IMG/VR virus record: IMGVR_UViG_3300049459_000229
Coordinates: 23,831-87,830 of that record
Direction: 5' to 3' (one strand)
Length of the DNA: 64,000 nt
Source of the DNA: a virus
Part shown: positions 17,267 through 26,013 of the stretch, piece by piece
Numbering within the stretch: position 1 is the first letter of the stretch
Layout of the letters: every line of letters begins with the position of its first letter
Made by a program: the position numbers and the translations under genes
The notes under the pieces: generated by a model
Told to the model about the DNA's origin: nothing
The model's database searches: none
What the model saw: the letters and a program-made list of their open reading frames with translations, nothing else

Positions 17267-19296
17267 TATGCAGACGTCCCAGGTTGGTAGGCGACGATGT
17301 CGGAAGCCCAGTCGGCGCCCAGCACGGCAGCGGTGCCGGCGCCAGCTCCCAGTGGGATGTTCGTCAGGTCGACGGTGCTGTCAGAATTTGCCAGCGAACT
17401 GCCAGGTGTGACAGTACCGACCGTCCCGATTCGGCTCTGGCGCCACTCCCACACGATCGTCGTGCCGGCCGCGACAAGCTGCCCAGCATTGTTGACCAGC
17501 GGCCCCATTTTGAAGCTGCCGGTGGCGGCCGTAATCGTCAGCGTGAACGCGTTCGAGTCGACGGTCTGGCCGGCGGTGTCGGTGGCGCGCACTTTCAGGC
17601 CTGACGTCGTCGCTATCGTCGACACGGTGCCGCTGATGACGCCGGTGCCGCTGTTGACGACAAGGCCACTCGGCCAGGCGACGCCAAGCGGACTTGCGCT
17701 GTAGGTCAGGGTGTCGGTGTCGCTGAACTGGCTGGCCACACTCACCGGTGTCAGGGCGACACCACTCTTGCCACTGATGTTGGCGATCGCACCCGGGAAG
17801 GTCGGCGCGGCGTTGCTTGCCGAGATCGTGATCGAGAAACTGTTCGAGTCCGCGGTGGCGCTGTTGGCATCCGTCGCCCGGATCACGATGCCAGTTTTTG
17901 TTTCGACCGTGGTCGGCGTGCCGCTGATGGCGCCAGTCGAGGTGTTCAGACTCAAGCCGGCCGGCAGCGTGCCTGCTTGCAGCGAGTAGGTGAACGGCGT
18001 GGCCGATCCGGTAAAGAACGTCGAGTTCGTGAAGCTGGCGGCGCTGCCGACGGCACCGGTGCGGTTCGGGATGGTGCCGCTGAAGGCGACAGGCGAGGCT
18101 GCGGGTGGCAGATACTCGTAGGGGCCGATATCCCAAGCGGCGCCGGCTGGCCGCGCGCGGCCATACGCGTCGTTTGCCGTGTAGGTCAGCTCTGCGCCGG
18201 TCAGAGTCTGGCCGACATCCTTGAGCGGCGAGGCGGCCGTCAGGCGGAAGTCGTGCGTGCCGTCGGACGCCACCTTGGCGTACACCGTATTGTCGTAAGC
18301 GATCGTGGTCCAGCCCGACTGGACACCGTCGGTGTACCCCTTGACGACGACGTGCGACAGCGCGTCCGTACTGACGGCCGAGCAGCCCATGACCGCCACG
18401 TTCTTGAAGGTGCTGCCCACGTAGGTGCACTGCAGGCCATTGGCCAGCTTCGTGCCGCCGGTGGCGGCGAACGTGGTGTTGTAGACTTTTACGGCGCTGT
18501 CGATGCGGGCGATGATCGCAGCCGAGTCGCCCTGGCTTGTGTTTTCGACCAGCGAGTTGGTCAGCGTGCCGCCTGCCATGTAGAGCACACCGCGCAGGCC
18601 CGAGTTGTTGCAGGTGCCTTCGAAGATGGCGCGATCCACCGAGTTGTTGGCCACCGAGCCCACCGCGGACTTGAACAGCGCGATGCCTGCTGTCGCGGAT
18701 CCGGAGTATTTCATCTGGATCTTTGAAAAGCGGAAGTAGTCGACTTGGACGTCGATCCCCAGGGTGGCTCCGCTGGTGATGTCGATGTACGCGTAGCTCG
18801 TGTCGAGACGGAGCGGGGTCGCATCAGGGGTGGTGCTGTCGAAGATGGACGCATTAGGCGCCGTGGTCAGCTCGTAGTAGCACGTCGCACTGGTGGTCTT
18901 GCCGCTGATGGTGTTGGTCGTGCTGCGAGGTACTCGCGTCTTCAGCATTTGACCCTGCCAGATCACTTGGCCGATGTTGACAGCGGCGCCGGATGCCGGG
19001 GCGCTGCTGAATGCCGCCGCGCTGCCATTCAGCGATCCGACAGTTGCCGTCTTGGTGGTGGCGTTGTAGGCGGTGATCAAGCGGGTCTCGCTCCCGATGG
19101 TCATCGTGTTGCCGACATAGGCGCCAGTCGTCGCCGAGGCCGTGCTGTCGAGCGGGATGACCGACGTGGTAGCGCCCGACAGTGCCGTCAGGTTGAGGTT
19201 GACGGTACAGTCCTTCGGGCCGGCCGCCGCCCACGCGATGTCGTCGGTGTAGTCGGCGCTGGTCGGGGCGATTGTTTTTACGACGGTCGTAACCAT
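17266..19296 (-). CDS. Putative virion beta-helix (pectin-lyase-like) protein with two putative-Ig (He_PIG) domains
   Basis: N/S/T-rich beta repeats ending DFRLTAASPL...DIGPYEY; LPAGLSLNTSTGAISGTPT and WPSGLVVNSGTGVISGT. Confidence 0.75.
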   Translation of the reverse strand: MVTTVVKTIAPTSADYTDDIAWAAAGPKDCTVNLNLTALSGATTSVIPLDSTASATTGAYVGNTMTIGSETRLITAYNATTKTATVGSLNGSAAAFSSAPASGAAVNIGQVIWQGQMLKTRVPRSTTNTISGKTTSATCYYELTTAPNASIFDSTTPDATPLRLDTSYAYIDITSGATLGIDVQVDYFRFSKIQMKYSGSATAGIALFKSAVGSVANNSVDRAIFEGTCNNSGLRGVLYMAGGTLTNSLVENTSQGDSAAIIARIDSAVKVYNTTFAATGGTKLANGLQCTYVGSTFKNVAVMGCSAVSTDALSHVVVKGYTDGVQSGWTTIAYDNTVYAKVASDGTHDFRLTAASPLKDVGQTLTGAELTYTANDAYGRARPAGAAWDIGPYEYLPPAASPVAFSGTIPNRTGAVGSAASFTNSTFFTGSATPFTYSLQAGTLPAGLSLNTSTGAISGTPTTVETKTGIVIRATDANSATADSNSFSITISASNAAPTFPGAIANISGKSGVALTPVSVASQFSDTDTLTYSASPLGVAWPSGLVVNSGTGVISGTVSTIATTSGLKVRATDTAGQTVDSNAFTLTITAATGSFKMGPLVNNAGQLVAAGTTIVWEWRQSRIGTVGTVTPGSSLANSDSTVDLTNIPLGAGAGTAAVLGADWASDIVAYQPGTSA

Positions 19297-19305
19297 GTCT
19301 GGCCT

Positions 19306-20829
19306 TTATGGGAACTGAACCGGAACCCAGGTGTTCGAGTTCGGGATGGTGATTGTTTTCGGGGTCTTGCTGCCGGTGTAGATTTCGCTGACCGGTGCGA
19401 CTGTGACCGTGCACGCGGCATCCTGCGGCCGGCGCGTCAAGGTGTACGCGGTGCCAGGCGCCGGCGCCGTCGAGAACGGCGCATCAACCGTCACCCGCTT
19501 GTACGAGCCTGCTGCTGTAGTGGCGCCTGCAGCGGACATGACCGTCTCCGCATCGTAGGTGGTGATAGTGCGGGTTTCACCGTTGATCGTGAGCGTGCTG
19601 CCGACGTAGATACCGTTGATCTCGCTTTCACCCTCTCCGGCGTTTCCGTAGGGGAAGGCGATGACCGTGGTGGTCGACAGGCCCGTGTAATTTCCTTGCG
19701 CGTCCTTCTTGCTGTTCGTGTACCCGACGTAGGTCCACGGCGTGACGCAGGTGACTTCGCACGACCAGCCGGTAGGCGTCTCCTGCACGTTGCGGAAGGT
19801 CAGGTCGATGTTGATGCCGCCCGCCTTGTGGACAGCCGGATCCTGGTCACGGCTGAAATTGCTGAAGCACGGCCAGCCAGTGCCGATCCGGAAGGTGCCG
19901 AACGGATAGCCGCGCAGGATTTCGACCAGGCGCGCTTCGCCGTGCTGGCCGTCATTCCAGTAATACGCAAATGCGCGCCCCGATTGGCGCAGGGCGGCGA
20001 TCATGGCGTCGCTCTCTGCCATGGTCGCGAAGTTGTCGTTGCGGCCCAGGCACCAGCCGATCCAACGAACCTTGTTGGCCTGGTTGGACACATAGGCAAT
20101 CGCGTTCAGGTAGTCCCACGACGAGCCACCGCCGTCTTCCGGCGCAAGCTGTGGGGCCGTAGCCTGGGTAAATGTCTGGTCGGTGCCATTCCACATGGCC
20201 AGGCCGATAGTCGACTTGCCGCCATTCCAGCGCGGGCGGTCCGGATACAGCGCGGCGAACAAGTCATAGAGGCGCAGGCCGAACGAAGCCGTGCCCCAAC
20301 CACCCATCGAGCCACCAGTCAGGCAGACGCCGAGCTTGTCGGCGATCGGCAGCGTATCGAGCGCGTACTTGTACATCGCTCTGTACCGCCGCTCCTCGAA
20401 CAGGTGCAGTTTCCCGTCGGGCATGACGAAGCCCATGTGGAAAGCCTCCTTCTTCGCGCTGGCATCGTTGTACCACTCATCGTTTGGCCGCAAGTTGATG
20501 CGGCTGTGGTCGTATGCGATGCAAGCACTAAAGCCGAAGACCTTGCGGTTGTCGTAGTCCCGGCCGCCGAAGGTCGGCGAGGTGCCGCCCATGGTCATGA
20601 AGCCGTCGACCGGTACGCGGAATTGGCGCCCGGTGGTGTAGTTGGGACCACCGGACCCATGCAACTCGACGACGAACGGCTTGGTGTTCCATTCGGTCGT
20701 GGTTGGGTAGCCGCCGGTGTCCGAAAACACCGTAACCTTGGTCGGATCGAAATAGATCGACGGGCCGGCGCGCCCCGCATAAATCGGCTGGCCGCTGGCG
20801 ACCGTATAGCTGTCAACTGGGCGCGTCAT
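19306..20829 (-). CDS. Alpha/beta-hydrolase (esterase-like), probably virion-associated
   Basis: PFVVELHGSGG oxyanion region, LTGGSMGGWG nucleophile elbow, candidate Asp (GRND) and His (DGQH). Confidence 0.75.
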   Translation of the reverse strand: MTRPVDSYTVASGQPIYAGRAGPSIYFDPTKVTVFSDTGGYPTTTEWNTKPFVVELHGSGGPNYTTGRQFRVPVDGFMTMGGTSPTFGGRDYDNRKVFGFSACIAYDHSRINLRPNDEWYNDASAKKEAFHMGFVMPDGKLHLFEERRYRAMYKYALDTLPIADKLGVCLTGGSMGGWGTASFGLRLYDLFAALYPDRPRWNGGKSTIGLAMWNGTDQTFTQATAPQLAPEDGGGSSWDYLNAIAYVSNQANKVRWIGWCLGRNDNFATMAESDAMIAALRQSGRAFAYYWNDGQHGEARLVEILRGYPFGTFRIGTGWPCFSNFSRDQDPAVHKAGGINIDLTFRNVQETPTGWSCEVTCVTPWTYVGYTNSKKDAQGNYTGLSTTTVIAFPYGNAGEGESEINGIYVGSTLTINGETRTITTYDAETVMSAAGATTAAGSYKRVTVDAPFSTAPAPGTAYTLTRRPQDAACTVTVAPVSEIYTGSKTPKTITIPNSNTWVPVQFP

Positions 20830-20832
20830 GCT

Positions 20833-21256
20833 TTATGCCGGCGTCGGGAACGCGATCGAGCTGGCGGCCAGCGTGAAGGTGCCGGCGGTCGTGCTCACGT
20901 TAGAGCCGAAATCGTCGACGGCGATCAGCTCGTCGGTCGAGGACGCGCCGCCGCGCCGTTTGTAGTAGACGGCCTGGCGCGCGGTGATCGTGCTGTTCGG
21001 CCAGGTGACGGCGCCGAAGTTGATCGTGTTTTTGTGGTTGGTCGTGTCCTTGGCGAGGGTCACGGCGACCGGGATGCCGCCTGCGGCGTAACCGGTGCCT
21101 GATACTTCGCCGGTCACGCTCGAGCGGAAAGCATGGGTGCCTGCGTTCGGCGTGTAGGTGGCGTCGACCAGCATCACGTAGAAGGTGTCGGTATCGAGGT
21201 CGATGTTGCCGCGAAATACCTGATCGAGAAAGCTGTCGTAACCGGTCGAGGCCATG
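20833..21256 (-). CDS. Small phage fibre/structural protein (MASTGYDSF...; start approximate)
   Basis: DLDTDTFYVML...EVSGTGYAAGG...VTWPNSTITAR.AVYY...DFG...T.GTFTL family; AGGA RBS. Confidence 0.75.
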
Positions 21257-21290
21257 GTAGGTCCTAAAAATGAGATGCCAGAATGCAAGA

Positions 21291-21319
21291 ATTCTGGCAC
21301 GCTTCTTGCTGGATGTAAA
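21291..21319 (-). promoter_or_regulatory. Sigma70-like promoter of the fibre operon
   Basis: TTTACA-N17-CAGAAT on the minus strand; the -10 lies in one arm of a 9-bp inverted repeat at 21276-21299. Confidence 0.55.
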
Positions 21320-21355
21320 GTAACGACAGGAGGTTGTTGACTAGAGAAAATTGTT

Positions 21356-21384
21356 TTGACACAAGACAGAAGTTTGCTTACCCT
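21356..21384 (+). promoter_or_regulatory. Sigma70-like promoter of the replication operon
   Basis: TTGACA-N17-TACCCT in the AT-rich divergent intergenic region. Confidence 0.55.
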
Positions 21385-21418
21385 AATAATCCCTTTCCCA
21401 AGAGAATTCACCTACCCT

Positions 21419-22273
21419 ATGTGGCTCAAAAACGCAACCATCTTCGGCATCAGCCCGAAGGCGCAATTCCCTGTCGAGCAGCTTGAGGCTGCTCGTTTCG
21501 TTCCCGCTGGCGACCTGCAGCTGACCTCCAGCGGCTTCGTGCCGATTCAGGGCGAGCTGGCCTACAAGCAGGGCAAGCACACCTTGCTGCGCTTCATGAT
21601 GGAAAAGAAACACCTGCCGGGCTCGGCCGTGGCGGTGAAGCTGGAGGAGCGCTGCGCCGAGTTGGAAGATCAGCAGGGCTTTCGGCCGGGCAAGAAGGCG
21701 ATGAAGGAGCTCAAGGAGCAGGTCATCGACGAGCTGTTGCCGCGCGCGCTGTCGTCGCGCCGTTCGACCCTGGTCTGGATCGATCAGGACCAGCACCGCA
21801 TCGTGATCGATTCGACGTCGAATGCCGTGATCGATGAGGTCCTGCGCGTGCTGCGTAAGACTTATGAAGGCATCGACCTGGGTATCTGCGATGTCAGCTG
21901 GCCGCGCGCCAAGGTGCTGACCGAGTGGGCGATCGACAACGAGCCGGCTGACTTCACGGTCGACGACACGGCGGTGTTGGCCTACCCAGGTGAACGCGGC
22001 AAGGTTGTGAAGTTCGAACGCGCTGATCTGAGCCAGAAGGATGTGCAGCAGCATTTTGCCGCCGGCGCCATCGTGCAGTCGGTCGCCATGACCTTCGGCA
22101 GCCGCCTCTCGTTCGTCATGACCGACAACAACCAGATTCGCAAGATTAAGCCGCTAGACGTGCTGCAGGAAGGCCGCGACGCCGAGAAGGACGTCGACCG
22201 CTTCGCCGGCGACGTCGAGCTGATGACGCGCGAGCTGGGCGTGCTGTTCGATCGCCTGGTGCGGGAAGCATGA
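21419..22273 (+). CDS. rdgC: Recombination-associated protein RdgC
   Basis: MWLKNATIF...SSGFVP...EKKHLPGSAV...LKEQVIDELLPRA...LSFVMTD...DVELM. Confidence 0.9.
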   Translation: MWLKNATIFGISPKAQFPVEQLEAARFVPAGDLQLTSSGFVPIQGELAYKQGKHTLLRFMMEKKHLPGSAVAVKLEERCAELEDQQGFRPGKKAMKELKEQVIDELLPRALSSRRSTLVWIDQDQHRIVIDSTSNAVIDEVLRVLRKTYEGIDLGICDVSWPRAKVLTEWAIDNEPADFTVDDTAVLAYPGERGKVVKFERADLSQKDVQQHFAAGAIVQSVAMTFGSRLSFVMTDNNQIRKIKPLDVLQEGRDAEKDVDRFAGDVELMTRELGVLFDRLVREA

Positions 22274-23385
22274 GCACAGCCTATTACAACGAGTTTGATC
22301 CCGGCGCCGCGGCGTGGCTCCGGGAGCTCATCAAAGAAAAACTGATCGCGCCGGGCGTGGTCGACGAAAGGAGCATCGCAGATGTCACACCCGGAGACCT
22401 TGCCGGATTTACCCAGTGCCACTTCTTCGCCGGCATCGGCGGCTGGTCCTACGCTCTCCGACTTGCAGGCGTCCCTGACAGCCGTCGAGTGTGGACGGGC
22501 AGCGCTCCTTGCCAGCCTTTCTCCTCGGCAGGCGAAGGCGCAGGGTTTGATGACGAGCGGCACCTATGGCCCGCCCTCCACCACCATGCCCGCGTCGGAC
22601 GTCCTGCAGAAATCCTTGGAGAGCAGGTTGCAAGCAGCCTCGTCGACCCATGGATCGACCTTGTACAAGCTGACCTGGAAGCCTTGGGTTACGCCGTCGG
22701 GTCGGTCGCGTTCCCGTCTGCGGGCATCGGTGCTCCGCACATCCGCGACCGCTGCTACTGGGCAGGCCGGCTGGGTGACGCCGACCTCCCGCGACTGGAA
22801 GGACTCGGGAGCCGATATCAAGCCGCGCTCGGACAATGGCAAGGAGCGGCTGGATCAGCTGCCCAGGCAAGCGAACTTGTGCGGCTGGCCCACGCCGACG
22901 CTTTGCGACAGCGGCCGGGTGCCGGCGCCGGACTTCACCACCAAGAACCTCACGCTGAACCATGGCGCGGTGCTGACGGGCTGGCCCACGCCGCGCGCGG
23001 CGGACGGCTCGAAGGGCGTGGACCCGACAGCGGACACGCTGCGCGGGACGGATCTGCCGACCACGGCCAGCTGGGCGGCTGGGATCGCCGTGCCGGGCCC
23101 GGCCCGACTAACGGCTACTGGGAAGCTGCTGACTGGCTTGCATGCCGAGACAGCCGATGGCGGCCTGTTGAGCCCGGCACACAGCCGCTGGCTCATGGGC
23201 TACCACGCAGCCTGGGATCGTGCGGCGCCGGGGTGGCAGGACTGGCACGCGTGGCAGGCCTTGATGCAGCAAGCCTTGGTCGAGCAAAGAGCTATCGCGT
23301 GACGGCGCTGCGCGGCTATGGCAATGCGATCAACGTCTACGCCGCGAAAGCATTTATTGAAGCGTTTTACGGAGTATCTGAATGA
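22270..23385 (+). CDS. C5-cytosine DNA methyltransferase (large/alpha-type polypeptide)
   Basis: YYNEFD, FFAGIGG (motif I), GSAPCQPFS (IV), EQV (VI), APHIRDR (VIII), LRGYGNAI (X). Confidence 0.9.
   Translation: MSTAYYNEFDPGAAAWLRELIKEKLIAPGVVDERSIADVTPGDLAGFTQCHFFAGIGGWSYALRLAGVPDSRRVWTGSAPCQPFSSAGEGAGFDDERHLWPALHHHARVGRPAEILGEQVASSLVDPWIDLVQADLEALGYAVGSVAFPSAGIGAPHIRDRCYWAGRLGDADLPRLEGLGSRYQAALGQWQGAAGSAAQASELVRLAHADALRQRPGAGAGLHHQEPHAEPWRGADGLAHAARGGRLEGRGPDSGHAARDGSADHGQLGGWDRRAGPGPTNGYWEAADWLACRDSRWRPVEPGTQPLAHGLPRSLGSCGAGVAGLARVAGLDAASLGRAKSYRVTALRGYGNAINVYAAKAFIEAFYGVSE
22382..23302 (+). CDS. Nested +1-frame ORF: putative MTase second (beta) polypeptide with WPTP repeats and motif IX
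   Basis: 306 stop-free codons inside the MTase gene; GWVTP/GWPTP/GWPTP repeats; LSPAHSRWLMGY..AWD; the start may be ATG 22550. Confidence 0.7.
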   Translation: MSHPETLPDLPSATSSPASAAGPTLSDLQASLTAVECGRAALLASLSPRQAKAQGLMTSGTYGPPSTTMPASDVLQKSLESRLQAASSTHGSTLYKLTWKPWVTPSGRSRSRLRASVLRTSATAATGQAGWVTPTSRDWKDSGADIKPRSDNGKERLDQLPRQANLCGWPTPTLCDSGRVPAPDFTTKNLTLNHGAVLTGWPTPRAADGSKGVDPTADTLRGTDLPTTASWAAGIAVPGPARLTATGKLLTGLHAETADGGLLSPAHSRWLMGYHAAWDRAAPGWQDWHAWQALMQQALVEQRAIA

Positions 23386-23717
23386 CCGCTGGAACCCTAG
23401 GCCCCTGTGCCAAGCTGGAGGTGCGCTGCACCATCATCACGCCTGACGGCAGCCGCTTCGTCGGCGAGAACTGGTGCGCGCACCCTCAGCCGGTCTGCCC
23501 GCGCGCGCCCGGCGAAGGGTATGAGAAGTGCCAGACCATCTGCGGTCAGATCGGCCACGCCGAAGAAGTTGCCGTGATGCTGGCCGGTGATGCCGCGCGC
23601 GGCAGCCATGCCTATGTCGAAAACCACACCCATGCCTGCCGCAATTGCCAGGAAGTTCTGTTCGGCCAGGCAGGGGTCAAAGCGCTGACCATCGGCGCGC
23701 CACCGGAGAAAGTATGA
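23382..23717 (+). CDS. dCMP deaminase-like zinc-dependent deaminase
   Basis: GHAE...ACRNC zinc/catalytic motifs. Confidence 0.75.
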   Translation: MTAGTLGPCAKLEVRCTIITPDGSRFVGENWCAHPQPVCPRAPGEGYEKCQTICGQIGHAEEVAVMLAGDAARGSHAYVENHTHACRNCQEVLFGQAGVKALTIGAPPEKV

Positions 23718-23890
23718 CGGACAAGACCTATATGGATGACGTGCTCTGCCCAAGGAAGCACCAGTTCCGACTTGCTCGTCGCGTCGATACGGCCGGGAGG
23801 AGTGTGAGGACGTTCTGCCCTTTTTGTCAGCGGAGCTATCAAATTACCGCCGGCTCTTTGCCGGCTAAACGCCTGAAAGGTAACGAATGA
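23714..23890 (+). CDS. Small zinc-finger protein (MTDKTY...)
   Basis: CPRKH...CPFC; GGAG RBS, ATGA coupling. Confidence 0.55.
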   Translation: MTDKTYMDDVLCPRKHQFRLARRVDTAGRSVRTFCPFCQRSYQITAGSLPAKRLKGNE

Positions 23891-24093
23891 AAAACTGCAC
23901 CAAGGACGACCTGCCCTTCGAATACATCAAGCCGGCGCCGCTGAATCAGCGCGTCATCCTGCTCGAGCGCGACGGCTCGATCGACGTCGGGCCGTGGAAA
24001 GGCCCGACGGTCGGCAGCAACGCGCGCTACATCGGCTGGCATCCGGTGCCGGCGCGTGACCTGGACCTCGAGCGAAAGCTCGAGCTGGCGTGA
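23887..24093 (+). CDS. Hypothetical protein
   Basis: ATGA coupling. Confidence 0.65.
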   Translation: MKNCTKDDLPFEYIKPAPLNQRVILLERDGSIDVGPWKGPTVGSNARYIGWHPVPARDLDLERKLELA

Positions 24094-24527
24094 TGGTGAT
24101 GCCTTACCAGCACTATCCGGATCCGGACCTGACCAAGGTCCAGGCGCTGGTCCGGCGCGTCTCCAGCCCGTTCTGGATGCACCGGCCTGAAGCCTGGATC
24201 TGGCAGCGCCCGGACGGCTACCCGCAAGGGTTTGTGGGGCTGATGGACAGCCCCGGGCTGTGCAACTTGCTGTGGTTGTCGATGGCATTTGATCGGCCGC
24301 CGCAGGTCTACGACGCCAACCAGAACGGCCTTTTCCTGCGGCTACTTAGTGGCGCGCGCGATGCGAAGCTGGGCGGTGAGCCGCTGACCGACTGGGCCGG
24401 CCTGCTAACCCTGCAGGAGTTCATCGACCAGCTGCCGCAAGAGGCGGGTCCAGCCGGCACAATCGCGAGCACCTACCCGCTGCTGCGGCTACTCGGCGAA
24501 AGGAGGCTTGGCCATGCTGACGCTTGA
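24090..24527 (+). CDS. Hypothetical protein
   Basis: Packed ORF. Confidence 0.65.
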   Translation: MMVMPYQHYPDPDLTKVQALVRRVSSPFWMHRPEAWIWQRPDGYPQGFVGLMDSPGLCNLLWLSMAFDRPPQVYDANQNGLFLRLLSGARDAKLGGEPLTDWAGLLTLQEFIDQLPQEAGPAGTIASTYPLLRLLGERRLGHADA

Positions 24528-25956
24528 GCAGGTGATCGAGCGCTACCCCTTCCCGCATCCGCTGGGAGGGGTGATGACGCTCGAGCAGATGCAGAAGGAG
24601 GACATCGTCAAGGCGGCATTCTGGCGCCGCGCGCTGCTCGATTTGCCGGTCGGCTATGGCAAGACGGTGATCGGCACCTGCATCGCCCTGATGCTGCAGC
24701 CGCAGCTGACTGTCATCCTGGTGCCGCCGGTCCTGATCGCACAGTGGGTGGCCTGGCTCAACAGCATCCCCGGCGCCGGGTTGGCGCTGGCGTATGACGC
24801 GGCGCCGAAGAAGCGCCGCGCGCTGCCGCTGGAAACCGCCGACTGGCTGATCATGAGCTACCAGGTTTTCAACAACGACATCGATTTTCTTTCCGATCTG
24901 TGCCGCGACGCTGATGTGTTGCTGGAAGTCGACGAGGCGCAGAACCTGAAAGGTCGTGGCGTACTGTTCAAGAACGTGCGAAACTTCTCGTCCGGCCGCG
25001 ACCTGATCACGATGTCGGGCACGATCGCCAGCAAGCCTGGCGATTACTACAGCTACATTAAGCTCAACACGCCGGACGTCTACACCAGCTACACCGCTTT
25101 TGAAAACATCCACGTGCTCGAACGCGACATCTTCAAGCAGCCGAAGGAGTGGCACAACCTCGACCTGCTGCAGACGAACTTGAACATGCGCCGTATTCAC
25201 CGCACGAAAGAGGAGGTGCACTCAAAGCTGCCCAAGGCGAACATCATCCCGATCTACTACGACCTGTCGAAAGAGCACATGGCGCTGTACCGGCGCCTGA
25301 TGGATGAGCAGCTGCTGCTTCTGGAGGACGGCGGCAAGATCGATGCCACTACCGCCACGAAGCTGTATCACGCCGCCCAGCAGATCGTGCTGGATTTCGG
25401 CACCTTCGCCGGCGACCCGGAGAAGCGCTCGGCAATCTTCGACCTGGTCGACGGCATCGCCGATGAAATCAACCTCGGCGGCGAGATTCTGATGGACGGG
25501 AAGGTGCAGCCAGCCAGCAAGCTGATCCTCTGGACCACGCACAGGAGCGTGTCGCGGTTGCTTGGTGAGCACATGGACGCTCACCTTGCACCGCTCGGCA
25601 AGAAGGGTGTAATGGCTTTCTCCGAGGTCGACTCGAAGGCGAATATCCAGCAATTCATGCACGACCCGAATACGGTCAATCTGACTGCACAGCCGAGCAG
25701 CGCTGGCGCCGGCCTGAACCCGCAGTACATGTGCTGGGAGTGCGCATATATCCAGATACCGACTACCACGATTCCCTTCATCCAGTCGTCAGGCCGGATC
25801 GATCGCAAGGGTCAGCGCTACAACCCGAACATCCGGCTCCTGATTGCGCGCGGCACGATCCAGGAGCAGCTGCTGCAGAACCTATTCAAAAATGATGAAC
25901 TTGTCAATAGAGCAGCAGGTTCGATAAGCTCCATCAGAAATTTGATTTTCCCGTAG
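24514..25956 (+). CDS. SNF2-like SF2 DNA helicase
   Basis: PVGYGKT, VDEAQ, MSGT, AGAGLN, QSSGRIDRKGQ; AGGAGG RBS. Confidence 0.9.
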   Translation: MLTLEQVIERYPFPHPLGGVMTLEQMQKEDIVKAAFWRRALLDLPVGYGKTVIGTCIALMLQPQLTVILVPPVLIAQWVAWLNSIPGAGLALAYDAAPKKRRALPLETADWLIMSYQVFNNDIDFLSDLCRDADVLLEVDEAQNLKGRGVLFKNVRNFSSGRDLITMSGTIASKPGDYYSYIKLNTPDVYTSYTAFENIHVLERDIFKQPKEWHNLDLLQTNLNMRRIHRTKEEVHSKLPKANIIPIYYDLSKEHMALYRRLMDEQLLLLEDGGKIDATTATKLYHAAQQIVLDFGTFAGDPEKRSAIFDLVDGIADEINLGGEILMDGKVQPASKLILWTTHRSVSRLLGEHMDAHLAPLGKKGVMAFSEVDSKANIQQFMHDPNTVNLTAQPSSAGAGLNPQYMCWECAYIQIPTTTIPFIQSSGRIDRKGQRYNPNIRLLIARGTIQEQLLQNLFKNDELVNRAAGSISSIRNLIFP

Positions 25957-26013
25957 GAAATAGCTGTAGAATCCGCAGTTCAATAAGCAGTTCAACCGTA
26001 CAAGGAAGGCAAC

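Noticed and set aside
22769-23000. CRISPR-like spaced repeats
   Set aside because: Only three short degenerate repeats, inside coding sequence, with long spacers and no cas genes
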